This document shows, piece by piece, positions 24,188 to 36,935 of a stretch of DNA of 60,000 nucleotides. Each line of letters starts with the position of its first letter. Position 1 is the stretch's first letter. The stretch is from Mobula hypostoma. Its lineage: Eukaryota. Both the position numbers and the translations under genes were made by a program. The DNA lies in NCBI RefSeq assembly GCF_963921235.1, contig NC_086118.1, positions 24,678,001 through 24,738,000 of the forward strand. The letters are read 5' to 3'. The notes under the pieces are model-generated. The model saw only the letters and a list, made by a program, of their open reading frames with translations, was not told where the DNA came from and searched no databases.

Positions 24188-25149
24188 CTTTGAGAATTTG
24201 GATCCAAATAAAATGCAAAGAGATTAAGGTCTAGAAATATGTCTGTGGCTTTTGCAGTGTTAAAATTGTGTGAGCAATCTTTCTGCACTGTTTCAAAAGG
24301 CAGGCCAGTTAATGGGACCAGATCCAATATTGCATTAATGTGCTCCCACTCTTGAATAGAACTGAGATAACTTAACCACAAAGGGTTTGGAAAAAGGTCG
24401 TACATGGCTGGTGCAAAGTAAATGTATTTAAAAGATCTTTTATTATATATCTGTCATCAGATCATGTTTCTAACCAATTATTTGGGGTTTTATTGGGAAA
24501 TGCCACAAATCCCGTCCTAACCGAGAGGGCAGGAGGAACAATTGGAATTATTCAGTCAATTCACTGAACTGGAAGCAGGCAATGCACAATCTGCAGCATA
24601 AGGCTTGTCATAATTGTGAAATAAAAAATTACTAAACATTCCTTTTAATACAGCAAATTCTATGTAACCAGTGTGTAGGCACATATAGAACTGTTAGATA
24701 CAGAAGATTAAAGACAATTTAATTTGTCCTTTACCACCTGTGTTGATGAACGTTCAGGAAAACAATGTAAAGTTATTTCTAACCTGATTCCTTTAGAATC
24801 TTAAAAGCAGGAAACATATCACCAAAACGGAACCATATCACTAAAGACTGACTACTCAATATGTCTGTTTAATAGAAGTAATGTGAAATTCACTGACCCC
24901 ACTTGTGGTGTGATTAGAGAGAAATTTCAAGGCTAAATGCTGGAAACATCTCAATTGGCACAGTACACTTTCACCAACATATGCAGTTCTAATCCTTTCA
25001 TGTTGTTTCCATACTCAGCATTATGCAGTTTCTTGTTATATTTTGGCTTCATTTTTCAAGTGTGGAATTACTATTTATTATTTGCCTGTGAGATATGCAT
25101 GTACTTTACAAGAGCATATTTATTGTTCAGTTGCATTAAGACTATGAAT

Positions 25150-26633
25150 TTGAATTGAATTGACTTGACTTTATTTCTTACATCCTTCACATATATGAGG
25201 AGTAAAACTCATTACGTTATATCTCTGTCTAAATGTGCAATGTGCAATCATAGTAATTTATAATAATTTATAATAAATAGAACAGTCAATGTAAGATAGA
25301 AATACATTCAAATCAGTGTGAGTTAATCAGTCTGATGGCCTGGTGGAAGAAGCTGTCCCGGAGTCTGTTAGTCCTGGCTTTTATGCTGTGGGACCGTTTC
25401 CTGGATAGTAGCAGCTGGACTAGTTTGTGGTTGGAGTGACTTGGGTTCCCCAATGATCCTGCGGGCCCTTTTAACACATCTGCCTTTGTAAATGTCCTGA
25501 ATCACGGGAAATTCACAACTACAGATGCGCTGGGCTGTCCACACCACTCTCTGCAGAGTCCTGCAGTTAAAGGGAGGTACAATTCCCATACCAGGCAGTA
25601 ATGCAGCCAGTCAGGATGCTCTCAATTGTGGCCCTGTTGAAAGTTCATAGGATTTGGGGGCCCATACCAAACTTCCTCAACAGTCTGACAGTAGACAATA
25701 GACAATAGACAATAGGTGCAGGAGTAGGCCATTCGGCCCTTCGAGCCAGCACTGCCATTCACTGTGGTCATGGCTGATCATCCACAATCAGTATCCAGTT
25801 CCTGCCTTATCCCCATAACCTTTGATTCCGCTATCTCTAAGAGCTCTATCCATCTCTTTCTTGAAAGCATCCAGAGACTTGGCCTCCACAGCCTTCTGGG
25901 GCAGAGCATTCCATACATCCACCACTCTCTGGGTGAAAAAGTTTTTCCTCAACTCCATTCTAAATGGCCTACCCCTTATTCTTAAGGTCTGAGGTGAAAG
26001 AGGCAAATTTTGTGAGATCCACAAACCACATGAGATCCTCAGTGATGTGGATGCCGAGGAACTTAAAGCTGTTTATCTTCTCAATCCCAGATCCATTGAC
26101 GTCAACAGGGGTTAATCCATCTCCATTCCTCCTGTAATCCACAACCAGCAACTTTGTTTTTGTGACATTGAGGGAGAGGTTGTTTTCTTGACACCACTGT
26201 GTCAGAGAGAAGACTTCTTCCCTGTAGACCACCTCGTTATTGTTTGAGATAAAGCCAATCAATGTAGTGTCATTGGCAAATTTAATTAGCAGATTGGAGC
26301 TGTAGGTGGCGACACAGTCATAGGTATACAGGGAGTAAAGGAGGGGACTTAGTACACAGCCCTGAGGGGCTCCTGTATTGAGAGTCAGAGGAGTGGAGGT
26401 GAGGGAGCCCACTCTTACCACCTGCCGGTGATCTGACAGGAAGTCCAGGATCCAGCTGCACAAGGCAGGGTCAAGGCCGAGGTCTCTGAGCTTCATGTTG
26501 AGCCTGGATGGAACTATGGTGTTCAATGCTGAATTGTAGTCCAAGAACAGCATTCTCATACTGTATAAGCATCCTTCTTCTCCAGATGTGTAAGGACGGT
26601 ATGTAGAGCAGTGGTAATTGTGTCATTTGTCAA
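25150..26633 (-). mobile_element. Rex1/Babar-type LINE (RT to 3' end)
   Basis: ORF 25969-26559(-) RMLFLDYNSALNTI, TLNTGAPQGCVLSPLLYSLYTYDC, KFANDTT. Tail AATAAAGTCAAGTCAATTCAATTCA. Confidence 0.92.
25689..25986 (-). mobile_element. CR1 3' fragment nested in the Rex-type LINE, same subfamily as 2748-3344
   Basis: LRIRGRPFRMELRKNFFTQRVV. (CTATTGT)n tail. GTCTGA on both sides. Confidence 0.9.
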
Positions 26634-26855
26634 TCAGTTCAATGATTCAATGATTCCATTTAATATCGAGTAATATGTAGTATACAACTTGAGATTCTTA
26701 CTCTCCACAGACATCCACAAAACGGAAGTAAACCCCAAAGAATGAATGACAGGAAAGCGTAAGAACCCCAAAGCCCCCCTCCTCCAGGTACAAACAGCAA
26801 CAAAAACATCAATTCTCCCCCTCCGCTTCCTCCCGCCTGCCTCAGCAAAAAGCAT
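26634..26855 (-). repeat. Short retroposon 3' fragment
   Basis: Ends in ATTAAATGGAATCATTGAATCATTGA. The body (GTCTGTGGAGAGTAAGAATCTCAAGTTGTATAC) resembles the Rex-type tail at 47700-47920. Confidence 0.55.
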
Positions 26856-27824
26856 GTGTGTGACCTAAAACAAAAGCTGGGATAATGATCTTTCCATGAG
26901 CTTTCTGCTCTTGCTTATAAAGATTTTTGGGTGAGATAGTCTGTTAACCAGGCCCGTTGCTATGGTGCATCACATGACTGGAACACCCAGTACACAAGGC
27001 TGGTAGTAAATATTGAGTACAGTGGAAATATGACCACTGGAAGATCATTTGGTGCTAACCTCAAGATTCTGATGTGAGATAATTTCTCATTGATTGGGAG
27101 GAAGTATGAAGTGTGCTGTGTAGTACTGTAGTAAACTTTTATCTCAACCTACCCACAGTAGTGGAATGGATATTTTCACTTTAAATGTAATCTGACAGCA
27201 GTTTACTATGTGAGTAAACCATGAGTCACTTTGCAGTGATTATATTTGCTGCAGCACATTCCTCTTAGATTAGTCAGTCCAGCCATTCTGGGAGGGGTTA
27301 AGTTATTGAGCTGATTCTCCACACAGCAGATACTGTTCCAGTACATATCGTGCAATGGAAAATGATGCTAACTTGGTTAAATAATCTGCTTAATGTACTC
27401 AGTCTCCTTCTTCCAGCATGTTTATTCTTATTACTAACAATCCTACAATCATCCTTCTATATTGTAACCATGCTAATATATCAAAATTCTGTTAATATTC
27501 ATCAACTACAGTGACACAAATAGAAAGGACCACACCAGGAACGCAAAATGTTTTATGAATCCCTTTCAGTTAATTCCTTCAAATTGCTTTTAGCATGTTC
27601 GTGAATTCAGGAAACATTTCAATGCGAATAAAACATTGTCAATTTTTTTGATCTTTCTGAAAATGTAAACTCTACGAATTATACAGTGATGATTGTTTAA
27701 GCAGATTGTTAAGGATTAATACTAATTGTATAACTTAATAATTTTTAAATAATTCATCATATTAGTTGACAAATTGTTTTTGACTTCTTAACAAATATTT
27801 TTGAATATCAGCCAAAGTTGGAAT

Positions 27825-30376
27825 TGTTATGTTTTGTTACTCCAAGTCATAAAAACTAATCGAAAGGAGAACAGGATCCAGGAATGCAAGTCTAACTTTA
27901 AGCAAGGTGCAAACGTATGACGCGATGGTGTGATGACACATGCCATTTTCCTACTTTTACATATATCCTGTGATACATTATGTAAACAACAAAGAATGGT
28001 TAAACAAACAATATATTTACAATATTACTGAAATATTGAATACACAACTCTCCTCCATGCTTAGCTATAAATTCCAACTTAATATAGAATGCATCTCAAC
28101 TTATATACATATATAGTATACAATATAATGCAATCACTATATAGACATCCACAGCATGGTACATTTTAAATCATCCCATTCAGGCCTAAAGATTTGATCA
28201 CCATGGAGGATTTCTTAGTCTTGTGGGTTACAGACTTTCCTGATAAGGTGAGGGGGCACTCTGCTAGCAGGAGAGACTTGTGACTGTGAAACTGTGGTAA
28301 ACCATATATATATTGTAACTGGGTTAACTGTCCGGACACGCCCCTCTGCTGACTGCCCCTGTGGCTCCTCCTACAGATTCCTGTATAAAGGTGTTTCGCC
28401 TTGCCCCTCCCTCTCAGTCCAGGGGCAGACACTCACCATGGAGGTCGTGTTGTACAGCGAATAAAAGCCTTTCAGTATTTTACCCAACCTCAGTCTTTCG
28501 GAGTTATTGAAGGTGCTTCAGAAACAATCTCCTCCATGGTGGGTTGTAGGAGGTGACTCTGGGACTGCAGGAAGTGGTTCTGACAGCTCAAGATATCTCC
28601 TTCTGATACCTTTCATCTTGGCATCCCGAATAGTGAAGGTTAAGCTTAACTGGATGATGTAGATCATAATGTGTGAGTAGTGTCTGATGTCACATTTACT
28701 TTACCTTCTGAAAAGCCACCTCACACTGCCTTGTCATTGTCATTTCTTCCTGATCTACAGTAATGAGTTCAAGGGGTGGTGCACGGCAGCAGGGCTTGGC
28801 AGGAACCTATTATAGTAATTGACAAATCTTAAAAAAGACCAGAACAGTGACATGCCTTTTGGCCTTGAGGTATCCACCACTGCTTGAATTTTCTTGGCCA
28901 ACTTGTGTAATCCTTGTTACTCAATGGTGTGACCATAGTAAGAAATGCTTGATTTAAAGAATTCACACTTGTTACATTGTGCTCTGAGCCCATAATCTAC
29001 TAATCTTTTTAATATGCCTTGAGATTTTGGAGATGTTCCTTATCAGCCTTACCAGTAAAAATGATGTCATCCAGGTAACACTGAGTGCCTGAACAAGCAT
29101 ATCTTTCTGCCAGAATGCAGGTGCAGATGCTACTCCAAAAATGAATGATAAGCAATAACATCCTTTGTGAGTGCTTATGGTGGGAAACACTGAACTCTGT
29201 TTCCATCTCCATCTGTAGGTAGACCTCAATTAGTCCACTTTGCTGAAATGTTTTGCACCAGAAAGGTTTTCAGATATATCCTCTGCCCTAGGCAGAGGGT
29301 ATTGATCTAGTTTCAACACTGGGTGGATGGTACTGAAGACCCAGATCCTAGCAGATCCAACCTTCTTTGCAACAGGAACCAATGATGTTGCCCAAAGGCT
29401 CTACTCAAACTTGGAAAGAATTTCTTCAGTCTCCATGTAATCTAGCTCACTAGCTACTTTGTCACAGATTGTGTAAGGAACCAGACAGGCTTTGTAAAAC
29501 TTGGGTGTGGCATTTTCATTTAATACTATTTTACGCTTGATATGTTTGAGTTTGCATTTGCAAGCCTTGAACACTGCTGCTGCATCATCCAGTACCTTTC
29601 TTAATACATTTTCAGTTCATTCTTTTACAAGGTATGTGGCATGCAAATCTCCAATCAAGTTGTAGTTGTCTCAACCAATCACGTCCCCACAATATTGGCC
29701 CTCCTATTTTTACCACATATGAACACAATGCGGCTTGTTGGTTGTTGTTTCACTGTTATGAATGTCGATACCACAGGAGTAATCTTTTCTCCTTGAAAGA
29801 CTTTTCGTTGGATCTCTGCAGGCTTCAATTCAGTATTTCTCAAACGGTGTTCTAATTCATTTTGTGGAATGGCTGAAACAGCCGAGCCAGTGTCCAATTC
29901 CATTTTAATTCATATTGCTTGTCTATTGTTAGTTTTCACAATACAAATCTCAAAGCTAACCAGTTCTATGTCACACTCATCACTATCAGATTTTTCATCA
30001 GCAGCATGCAGAGGGGGCCATATTCCAACATGAGTCAGATCCATCACAAAGTAGGATATGGCTCATGGAAAACGTGTCTTTTTTTAAAACTCATGCATCT
30101 TGCTGCACTTCGACAGGGAAGTAGTTGTCTCAGGTTTATTTAAAACTTCCTTGGCACTACTGTAATTCCAAAACATAAAAACTAATTGAAGGGAATGCAA
30201 GACCAACCCCAAATTCATTTGTACTTTAAGCGAGACGTATACATATGTCATGGCAATGTGATGACATACGCCATCTAGGTACTTTTACAGATAACCTGCA
30301 ATACATTATGGAAACAACAAACAATGCTTAATCAAACAAATACTTACACTATTATTGAAATATTAAATGCACAACA
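27825..30376 (-). mobile_element. Older, internally deleted Gypsy LTR element of a different family
   Basis: Diverged ~220-bp direct repeats at 27825-28049 and ~30161-30376. 5-bp TSD GGAAT (27820-27824 and 30377-30381). Purine tract at 28050-28057(-). Remnants MELDTGSAVS (protease), FGVASAPAFWQ and CYLDDIIFTG (RT). Confidence 0.88.
28293..28520 (+). mobile_element. Solo LTR of the 12056-16515 Gypsy family
   Basis: 228 bp, TGTGGTAAAC...GAAGGTGCTTCA, colinear with both LTRs. TSD GAAAC (28288-28292 and 28521-28525). Confidence 0.96.
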
Positions 30377-31089
30377 GGAATTGTGATTTTTTATTAATCT
30401 AACTTGGCCTACAGAGTGCCCAATGGAAGGCTTCTGGCTGGCTGAAATTTTCCTTCCTCTGACAATTACCTCAGTCTACAGTTTGTACTGGCGTTACTCA
30501 AATATTGGGAGAAGGGCCAACAGGAGATGTCTCTGAATGATCCAAGCTCTGTGGGAGTGTTGATCATCAGGGAAGCAGGGTTGAAGTGGGGAAAGTTTGG
30601 ACAAGAAGTGTTTAAGGGGTGGTGGGGATTGAGTGGTAGTGGAATGACTTTCTGAGGTGCAATGAAGAGCTGACACTCTGAGCCATGGCGCTATTGAGAC
30701 CAGTGTTCATTAGGTATCAGGCCTTCAACATGTTGCCAGTCAGCTTTGTAGCCTGGGGCAGTGCTGTGGTAAAGTGTCAGGTTGTGAACAATTCAGAGAG
30801 GGAGGAGAACTCACTCAGCAGAGAGGGTCAGTATCAAGAGATTGGGGGTGTTAAAGAGTAGAAGGCAGCAAATGAAGTTAACTCAGTAGTGACCCAACCT
30901 TGCACTGTGAAAATATAATGGCTCCAAAACTGCTTGACCAAAGATGGGACAACATGGTCTGAAGTCCTCTGAAATGGAACCACGTGTTCATTTAAAAATC
31001 TAGATGTTAATGGGGGAAACATTTTGTGTTTGTGGAACTGCTAGCAGTTTACCCACACATTTGATTCCCAAAACTTCTCCACGGACTTC

Positions 31090-31380
31090 TCCAAGCCCGC
31101 CTGTGAAAGGAGGAAGGTTGAGCATGAGGCTAGCAACCCCATCCGGTAATAACCCACACTACAGAAACACCAACAGAAGTCTGGAAAACCTTATCCCTGG
31201 GAGAGGTAGCATCTTCGCCTAGAAGAAATATAAAGTCTAAATGTGAGAGCCTCTGGTCTATAGAAGCCACAGGACCAATCAACCGTTTATGATCCAGTAT
31301 CATCACCAGACTAGCCCAGGACAGAGGACTGCTATCGGCGGCCTATTCCCCAATAGGAATGACAGGCTTAACTAACTTGC
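31090..31380 (+). repeat. Probable RTE-related short retroposon remnant
   Basis: GGAGGAAGGTTGAGCATGAGGCTAGCAACCCCATCC head. CTAGCCCAGGACAGAGG...GGCGGCCTATTCCCC resembles an RTE 3' end. Confidence 0.45.
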
Positions 31381-32574
31381 TAACTTGATCCCAAGACCTG
31401 CCTGGCAACATTTGTTTTGAGTTCCATCTTAAACAAGCACCACGTGCCGGCAGACAGGGACCAGCTGCCTGATCTCCCAAAGGACACATAAAGAGACAGA
31501 CATTAACCATTTTGATTATAACACAAATTAACTGCATCCATCACTGTAACACAATTGTTAAAATTCTATCGAGTTAAGTAGAACATAAGAACGTTGGAGC
31601 TTCAGCTCTTCGTGCCTGATCTGCCAGTTATTGTGACCATGTTGCAGGCCTCACCTCCTCTTCCGGACCAGTTCCAATTGTGCTCAGTTCCACATTTCTT
31701 CTTTAAATACCCCAGTGATCTAGCAGATACACCCATCTGCAAAAATCTCCTCAGTTTTAACCGTACCCTCATAATCTTGTAATAATATACCCTTTTTTAA
31801 GATTCTCTCATTAGTGGAAATATCTATCCTGTCAAGCCCTCTAAAGATCTTAAATGATTTAATAAGTTCACCACTAACTTTTCTAAACTCTGAGTACTAT
31901 AGCTCTAAATTTCTTTCAAACTTCAACTGAGTTAGGTGACTCTCTGAGTCATTTATTGAAACTGCATTGCACGAGAAGTAAGTTTCAAACTTTGCGATGT
32001 GTCCAGGCATTGATTCTGCCATATACAGTATAAAATTCCAGGCAAGAGCCAAGAATAGATCTACATTTATATGCAAATTTCATGATATCTAGATGTTCTG
32101 AAGTGTTTTAAAATCAGTGAAATGTTTTTTTAAAGTCAGAAAACTCCTGCAGAAATTAATTTGGTCAATAATCAACTTTTCTTGTTGTTCACTAAGTGTT
32201 AACTTAGGTTATAGAGGTAACTCCCAAGCTCTTCTTCAATATAGGTCAAGTGGATCCTGGGACCAGATAGGGTTCTGATATAACGTCTCTTTACAGATTG
32301 ACACATCCAGCAATGCACTGCCAGTCCAAGTTTTTATAGTCGGGTCTCTGGAATGAGATTTAAGCCCACTGAAGCACATGTACTACCAACTAAGCCAAGC
32401 AGCTTTTGGCTTTGCTTTTAAAGAATGCAATTCCATATGTGTGTGACCAAGTGATTTGGGATGGGCGTGAGAGGACAGTAATATGTGTGTGGGGATAGTG
32501 TTGCCCGAGATTGATTTCCTATCTACTTGTCACCTTGTGGTTGGTTTGTGGTCTCCAAGGACCTAGGTCAACTT

Positions 32575-33810
32575 TTCCGATAAGATGGCGGTGTGCACAG
32601 TCGTAGTGGCTTCTTTGGGTCTAACTAAAGATGTAATTGGTTGTCCTTCACATTGTTTCTATGATTGCAAGACACTTCTGGATATAAAGGACATCATGTA
32701 CTGCACATCAGCGAGTTGCTCAATAGCTGAACTTGTTGCGTACCATATCGCCATGACAGACATTTACACCACACGCTGCATCCGTCAGGCAAACAGCATT
32801 ATGAAGGACCCACGCACCCCTCATACAAACTCTTCTCCCTCCTGCCATCTGGAAAAAGGCACCAAAGCATTCAGGCTCTCATGACGAGACTATGTAACAG
32901 TTTCTTCCCCCGAGCCATCAGACTCCTCAATACCCAGAGCCTGGACTGACACCAACCTACCGCCCTCTACTGTGCCTATTCTCTTGGTTATTATTTATTG
33001 TAATGCCTGCACTGTTTTGTGCACTTTATGCAGTCCTGGGTAGGTCTGTAGTCTAGTGTAGTTTTTGTGTTGTTTTACATAGTTCAGTGTAGATTTTGTA
33101 TTGTTTCACGTAGCACCGTGGGCCTGAAAAACGTTGTCTCATTTTTACTGTGTACTGTAACAGCAGTTATGGTCAAAATGACAATAAAAGGTGACTTGAC
33201 TTGACTTGAATTGTTGCGTTCCATTGCTGTGTGGAGGCAGTGCACGGACCAACAAATGGTGCAAAAGATTGTCTTAGACATTTTCATTCCGATCGCAAGA
33301 CACTGTTGGATGTTGGTAATAAAAAATACTGCAAGTCCGGTTCATTGATTCATTGGGGAGACCGACGGTGGGGGAGCTGCATCACCTCAGTTGCTGCACA
33401 GACCAGGTCCGCGTGCCATGGTTCTGTCTCTTGCAGCTGCCCAGGAGAGGAGACATCGGAGATGTCGTGGCAGGAAGAAAAGGCCTCTGTGGGCGAACTG
33501 GAATCCGTGCTGTGTTGGGGACTGACCCCTCCCATCAGTGCTGCTCTCCAGTTTTCGCTCAGTAGAAGACAAGTTGGACCAGAACAATATCCCACACACT
33601 GTCAATCTACAGGCCATGCCGCTTGGCCACTTGGGCTATATTAATTCTCATGATTGCATGTTTTTTCTGCTTTCATAAATATATGTGCTATAAGTGGTAT
33701 GTGTTATGTGCTGTGTATGACTGCAGGTACAGTGTTGGCCCTGGAGAAAAGCTGTCTCATTTAACTGTATTCATATGTATGGCTGAATGACGATTAACCT
33801 TGAAGTTGGT
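32575..33810 (+). mobile_element. Cluster of Rex-type LINE 5'-UTR and 3'-end fragments
   Basis: AAGATGGCGG head at 32582. DIYTTRCIRQANSIMKDP C-terminal remnant at 32756-32940. (GACTT)n tail at 33193-33208. A second related head near 33230. Confidence 0.65.
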
Positions 33811-34912
33811 CTGTGCTTACATAATGTCTATAGTTTAGTAATATATCCTAAAGGTCTTTCATAGCATTAAAATATTAATAAAAACAGGCATAAACAAAAA
33901 TGAGAAGTGGGCAAAATCTTGCGAGGCAATAAATTTGAAGAAACATTTTAATGAAGTGGAAGGTGGAGACATAGACAAGGAATTCCAGAGAGTGAGGTTT
34001 CTGTGATTGGAAAATTGGCCACCCATGGGGAAGCAAAGGAAGTGAGGCCACAACATGGAAGAGAGCTAGATTCTGAGGATCAGAGAACAGGTCAAAGAGA
34101 AAAGGAAAGGCAAGGCCGTGCCTAGATATGAACTCTATCATGAGAATTTTCACAGTAAAATTTGTGTGGAGCAGGGGTTGAGTCAGAGAAAGTCATACAG
34201 CAGAGAAACAGACTCTTCAGCTTAGCTAGTTCACAGTGATAATCAAGTACATATTTACTCTAATTTCCTTTTAAATACAATTTCCTTTTTATTTCCCCCA
34301 CATTAACTATCCCCCCTCATGCCACCCCCAATTCTACCATCTATCTAAGTACTGTAATTCAGCCCTGCCTATGAGTCATGTTTCAGAGCATAGAAAGCCT
34401 ACTGTCTGCCCTTGAAATGAGTGAAGAAAGTGGAGTAAACTGTGATGACAATAGGTACAATTGGAGGTGTGATGATGCCATCACATCTACTGCTAGAAAT
34501 AAAGTGGATTGAAACACGACTGTGTGATATTAAACATCCTCACACAACTGAATGACATTTCTGGTTTTCTAATTCATGAAATTGCGCCCCAGAAGGATTT
34601 GGCATTGCCTTACCAGTGTGTTTATTATTGAAATTGTACAATGTAATTTTTAACACATTTAAAACTGAAAATAATGAATAAAGGTGCCAAGCAACATTGA
34701 AAGAATTTTCTTTGCAAACAGCATGTCATTAGAGAGGAAATTAAGAGGGAAATAATCCCAGTTCTCCGCAAGAGTAAGCCTGGCTGAAATCCCTTTACCC
34801 AGGCATTCTTTGTTAAATTTATTAAATCTCCTTTTGGATTTTTTTCTTATTAATTCACTCACAGAATGTGTTTATTGTCCAGCCCTAATTGTACCTAAAC
34901 ACGTAGGTCACA

Positions 34913-35610
34913 ATCAGAATCAGAATCAGGTTTATTTTCACAGACATGTGTCGTGAAATTTAAAACACAAAATAATCTGCAGATGCTGGGGTCAAAGCAA
35001 CACTTACAACATGCTGGAGGAACTCAGCAGGTCGGGCAGCATCTGTGGAAAAGATTGGTCGACGTTCCGGCCCGAAACGTTGACCAATCTTTTCCACGGA
35101 TGCTGCCCGACCTGCTGAGTTCCTCCAGCGTGTTGTGAGTGTCATGAAATTTGTTCTTTTGTGGCATTGGTACAGTGCAGTATATAAAAATTACTATAAG
35201 TTACAATAATACATAAAAATAGTGAGGTGCTGTTCATGAACTGTTCAGAAAATTGATGGCAGAGGGGAAGAAGCCATTTTTAAAATGTTAAGTATTCATC
35301 TTCGACTCCACCTTGGTGGCATTAATGAGCAGAGGGCATGTGCTGGATGGTAAGAGTCTTTGATGATGACGTCACCTTCCTGAGGCCTCACCTTTTGATA
35401 ATGTCTTCAATAGTGGGAAGACTAGTGTCCAGGATCGGGCTGACTACAACCCTCTGAAATCTTTTCTGACTCTGTGCGATGATGCTTCCATTCCAGGTGA
35501 TACAACCAGCCAAAATGCGCTTCATGATACGTCGGTAGAAAGTTTCTAAGATCTTTGGAGACATGCCAACTCTCCTGAAACTCCTAATGAAGTATAGCCA
35601 CTGGAACATT
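34913..35610 (-). mobile_element. Rex1/Babar-type LINE 3' fragment
   Basis: LYFIRSFRRVGMSPKILETFYR...ILAGCITW in ORF 35388-35726(-). (GATTCT)n tail at 34913-34930. Confidence 0.8.
34962..35138. mobile_element. Palindromic Penelope-derived mini-element
   Basis: Two inverted copies of the Penelope terminal repeat, arms ~65-70 bp. 14-bp TSD GTGTC(G/A)TGAAATTT at 34948-34961 and 35139-35152. Confidence 0.85.
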
Positions 35611-36519
35611 GACAAGTCAGAGAAGGAAAAAAATGCATTTTTCCTCCTGTGAAAAAAAACAAGGTGAGCCAACTCGCTGTTTAGCCTTCTGGACACAATT
35701 ACTGCAACTAGCTTTTTTGAAAACATGAAATTTATTTAATTACTTGACTTTCCCCAGTTGCTATGCATTTGGAATTCATGACTTTGAATGACTGGTCCGG
35801 AATTCTAGTGCAGTAACTTAAACACTACACTACCTAAATCCTCAGAATTTTAATAACACGAACATTTTCTTTGCAATGAACTAGTTTACACATTTCAGTA
35901 AGTTTTCCTCAGGCATTTTAATATATCATACAATATTTCATATTTGTTGACAATTGAGGCAGGGAAGTAACTTACATACCATTTCAGTGCAGTAAAACCT
36001 ATTCAGCATTTTCATTAGATTTTAACATTACATTTGTTAAATGCAAGTGTGGAATGAAAGTAAAGTTTATGTTCTTTCATTATATTTTCTGGTTAATCAA
36101 TTACTGATGAATCAGTGCGAGGCTCACCACTGTGGACTGCAAAGCTTTGGATGTAGTTGTGGAAGCATCAACCAGGCCTCCCATCCTCGTTCCTACAAAA
36201 ATCATAATGGTGGGTAGGAGAGGGCAGGGATTATCTCATGGTCTGTGGCAGGCTGACCTTACACAATGAATGGCCATTAGATGAGGTAATTGGGCCAAAT
36301 TCCAGCATGAGTCAGATCCATCACAGAAGGATATTGCTCATGGAAAATATGTCTTTCAGAATATTTAAAAATAAAATTGCTTTTAGCTTTAGAGGTTCGG
36401 GATAGATAATTCTTCTTCAAATTTGAAGTATCTTTTTAAAAATTAGAATCAACTATTTAAGATGAATTAATGCTGTTCAGTTTTATTAGACGTGTGGCAC
36501 CTGACCTACCAACCGAACG

Positions 36520-36935
36520 TTAATGTTAACGGAAATGTATGAGGAGAGTTTGATGGATCCGGGTCAGTATTTGATGGAGCTTAGAGGTTGAAGAGGTCTC
36601 ACTGAAACCTACTGATAGAGTGGATGTGGAGAAGGGGTTGCCGTCAGTATGAAGGTGTAGGCTCAGGGGTCACAGCCTCAGAATAAAGAGATGGCTCTTT
36701 AAAGCAGAAGTGAGGAGGATCTGCTTGAGCCAGAGGCTGATGAATATGTGGAATTCATTGCCACAGGGAGCTGTGGAGGCCGAGTCAGTCGGTGTAGTAA
36801 GGCAGAGATTGATAGGTCCTTGATCAGTAAGTGGATTAAGGTTTACAGGGAGAAGGTGGAAGAATGGATTTGAAAATAAAATTAGCTATGATTGAATAGC
36901 ACAGCAGATTCGGTGGGCTGAATGACCTAACAGAC
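36520..36935 (+). mobile_element. Degenerate CR1 3' fragment
   Basis: Colinear with 4070-4620 (GAGGAGAGTTTGATGG...CAGCCTCAGAATAAAG...GTGGAATTCATTGCCACAG...GATGGCT/GGTGGGCTGAATGACCT). Confidence 0.8.
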
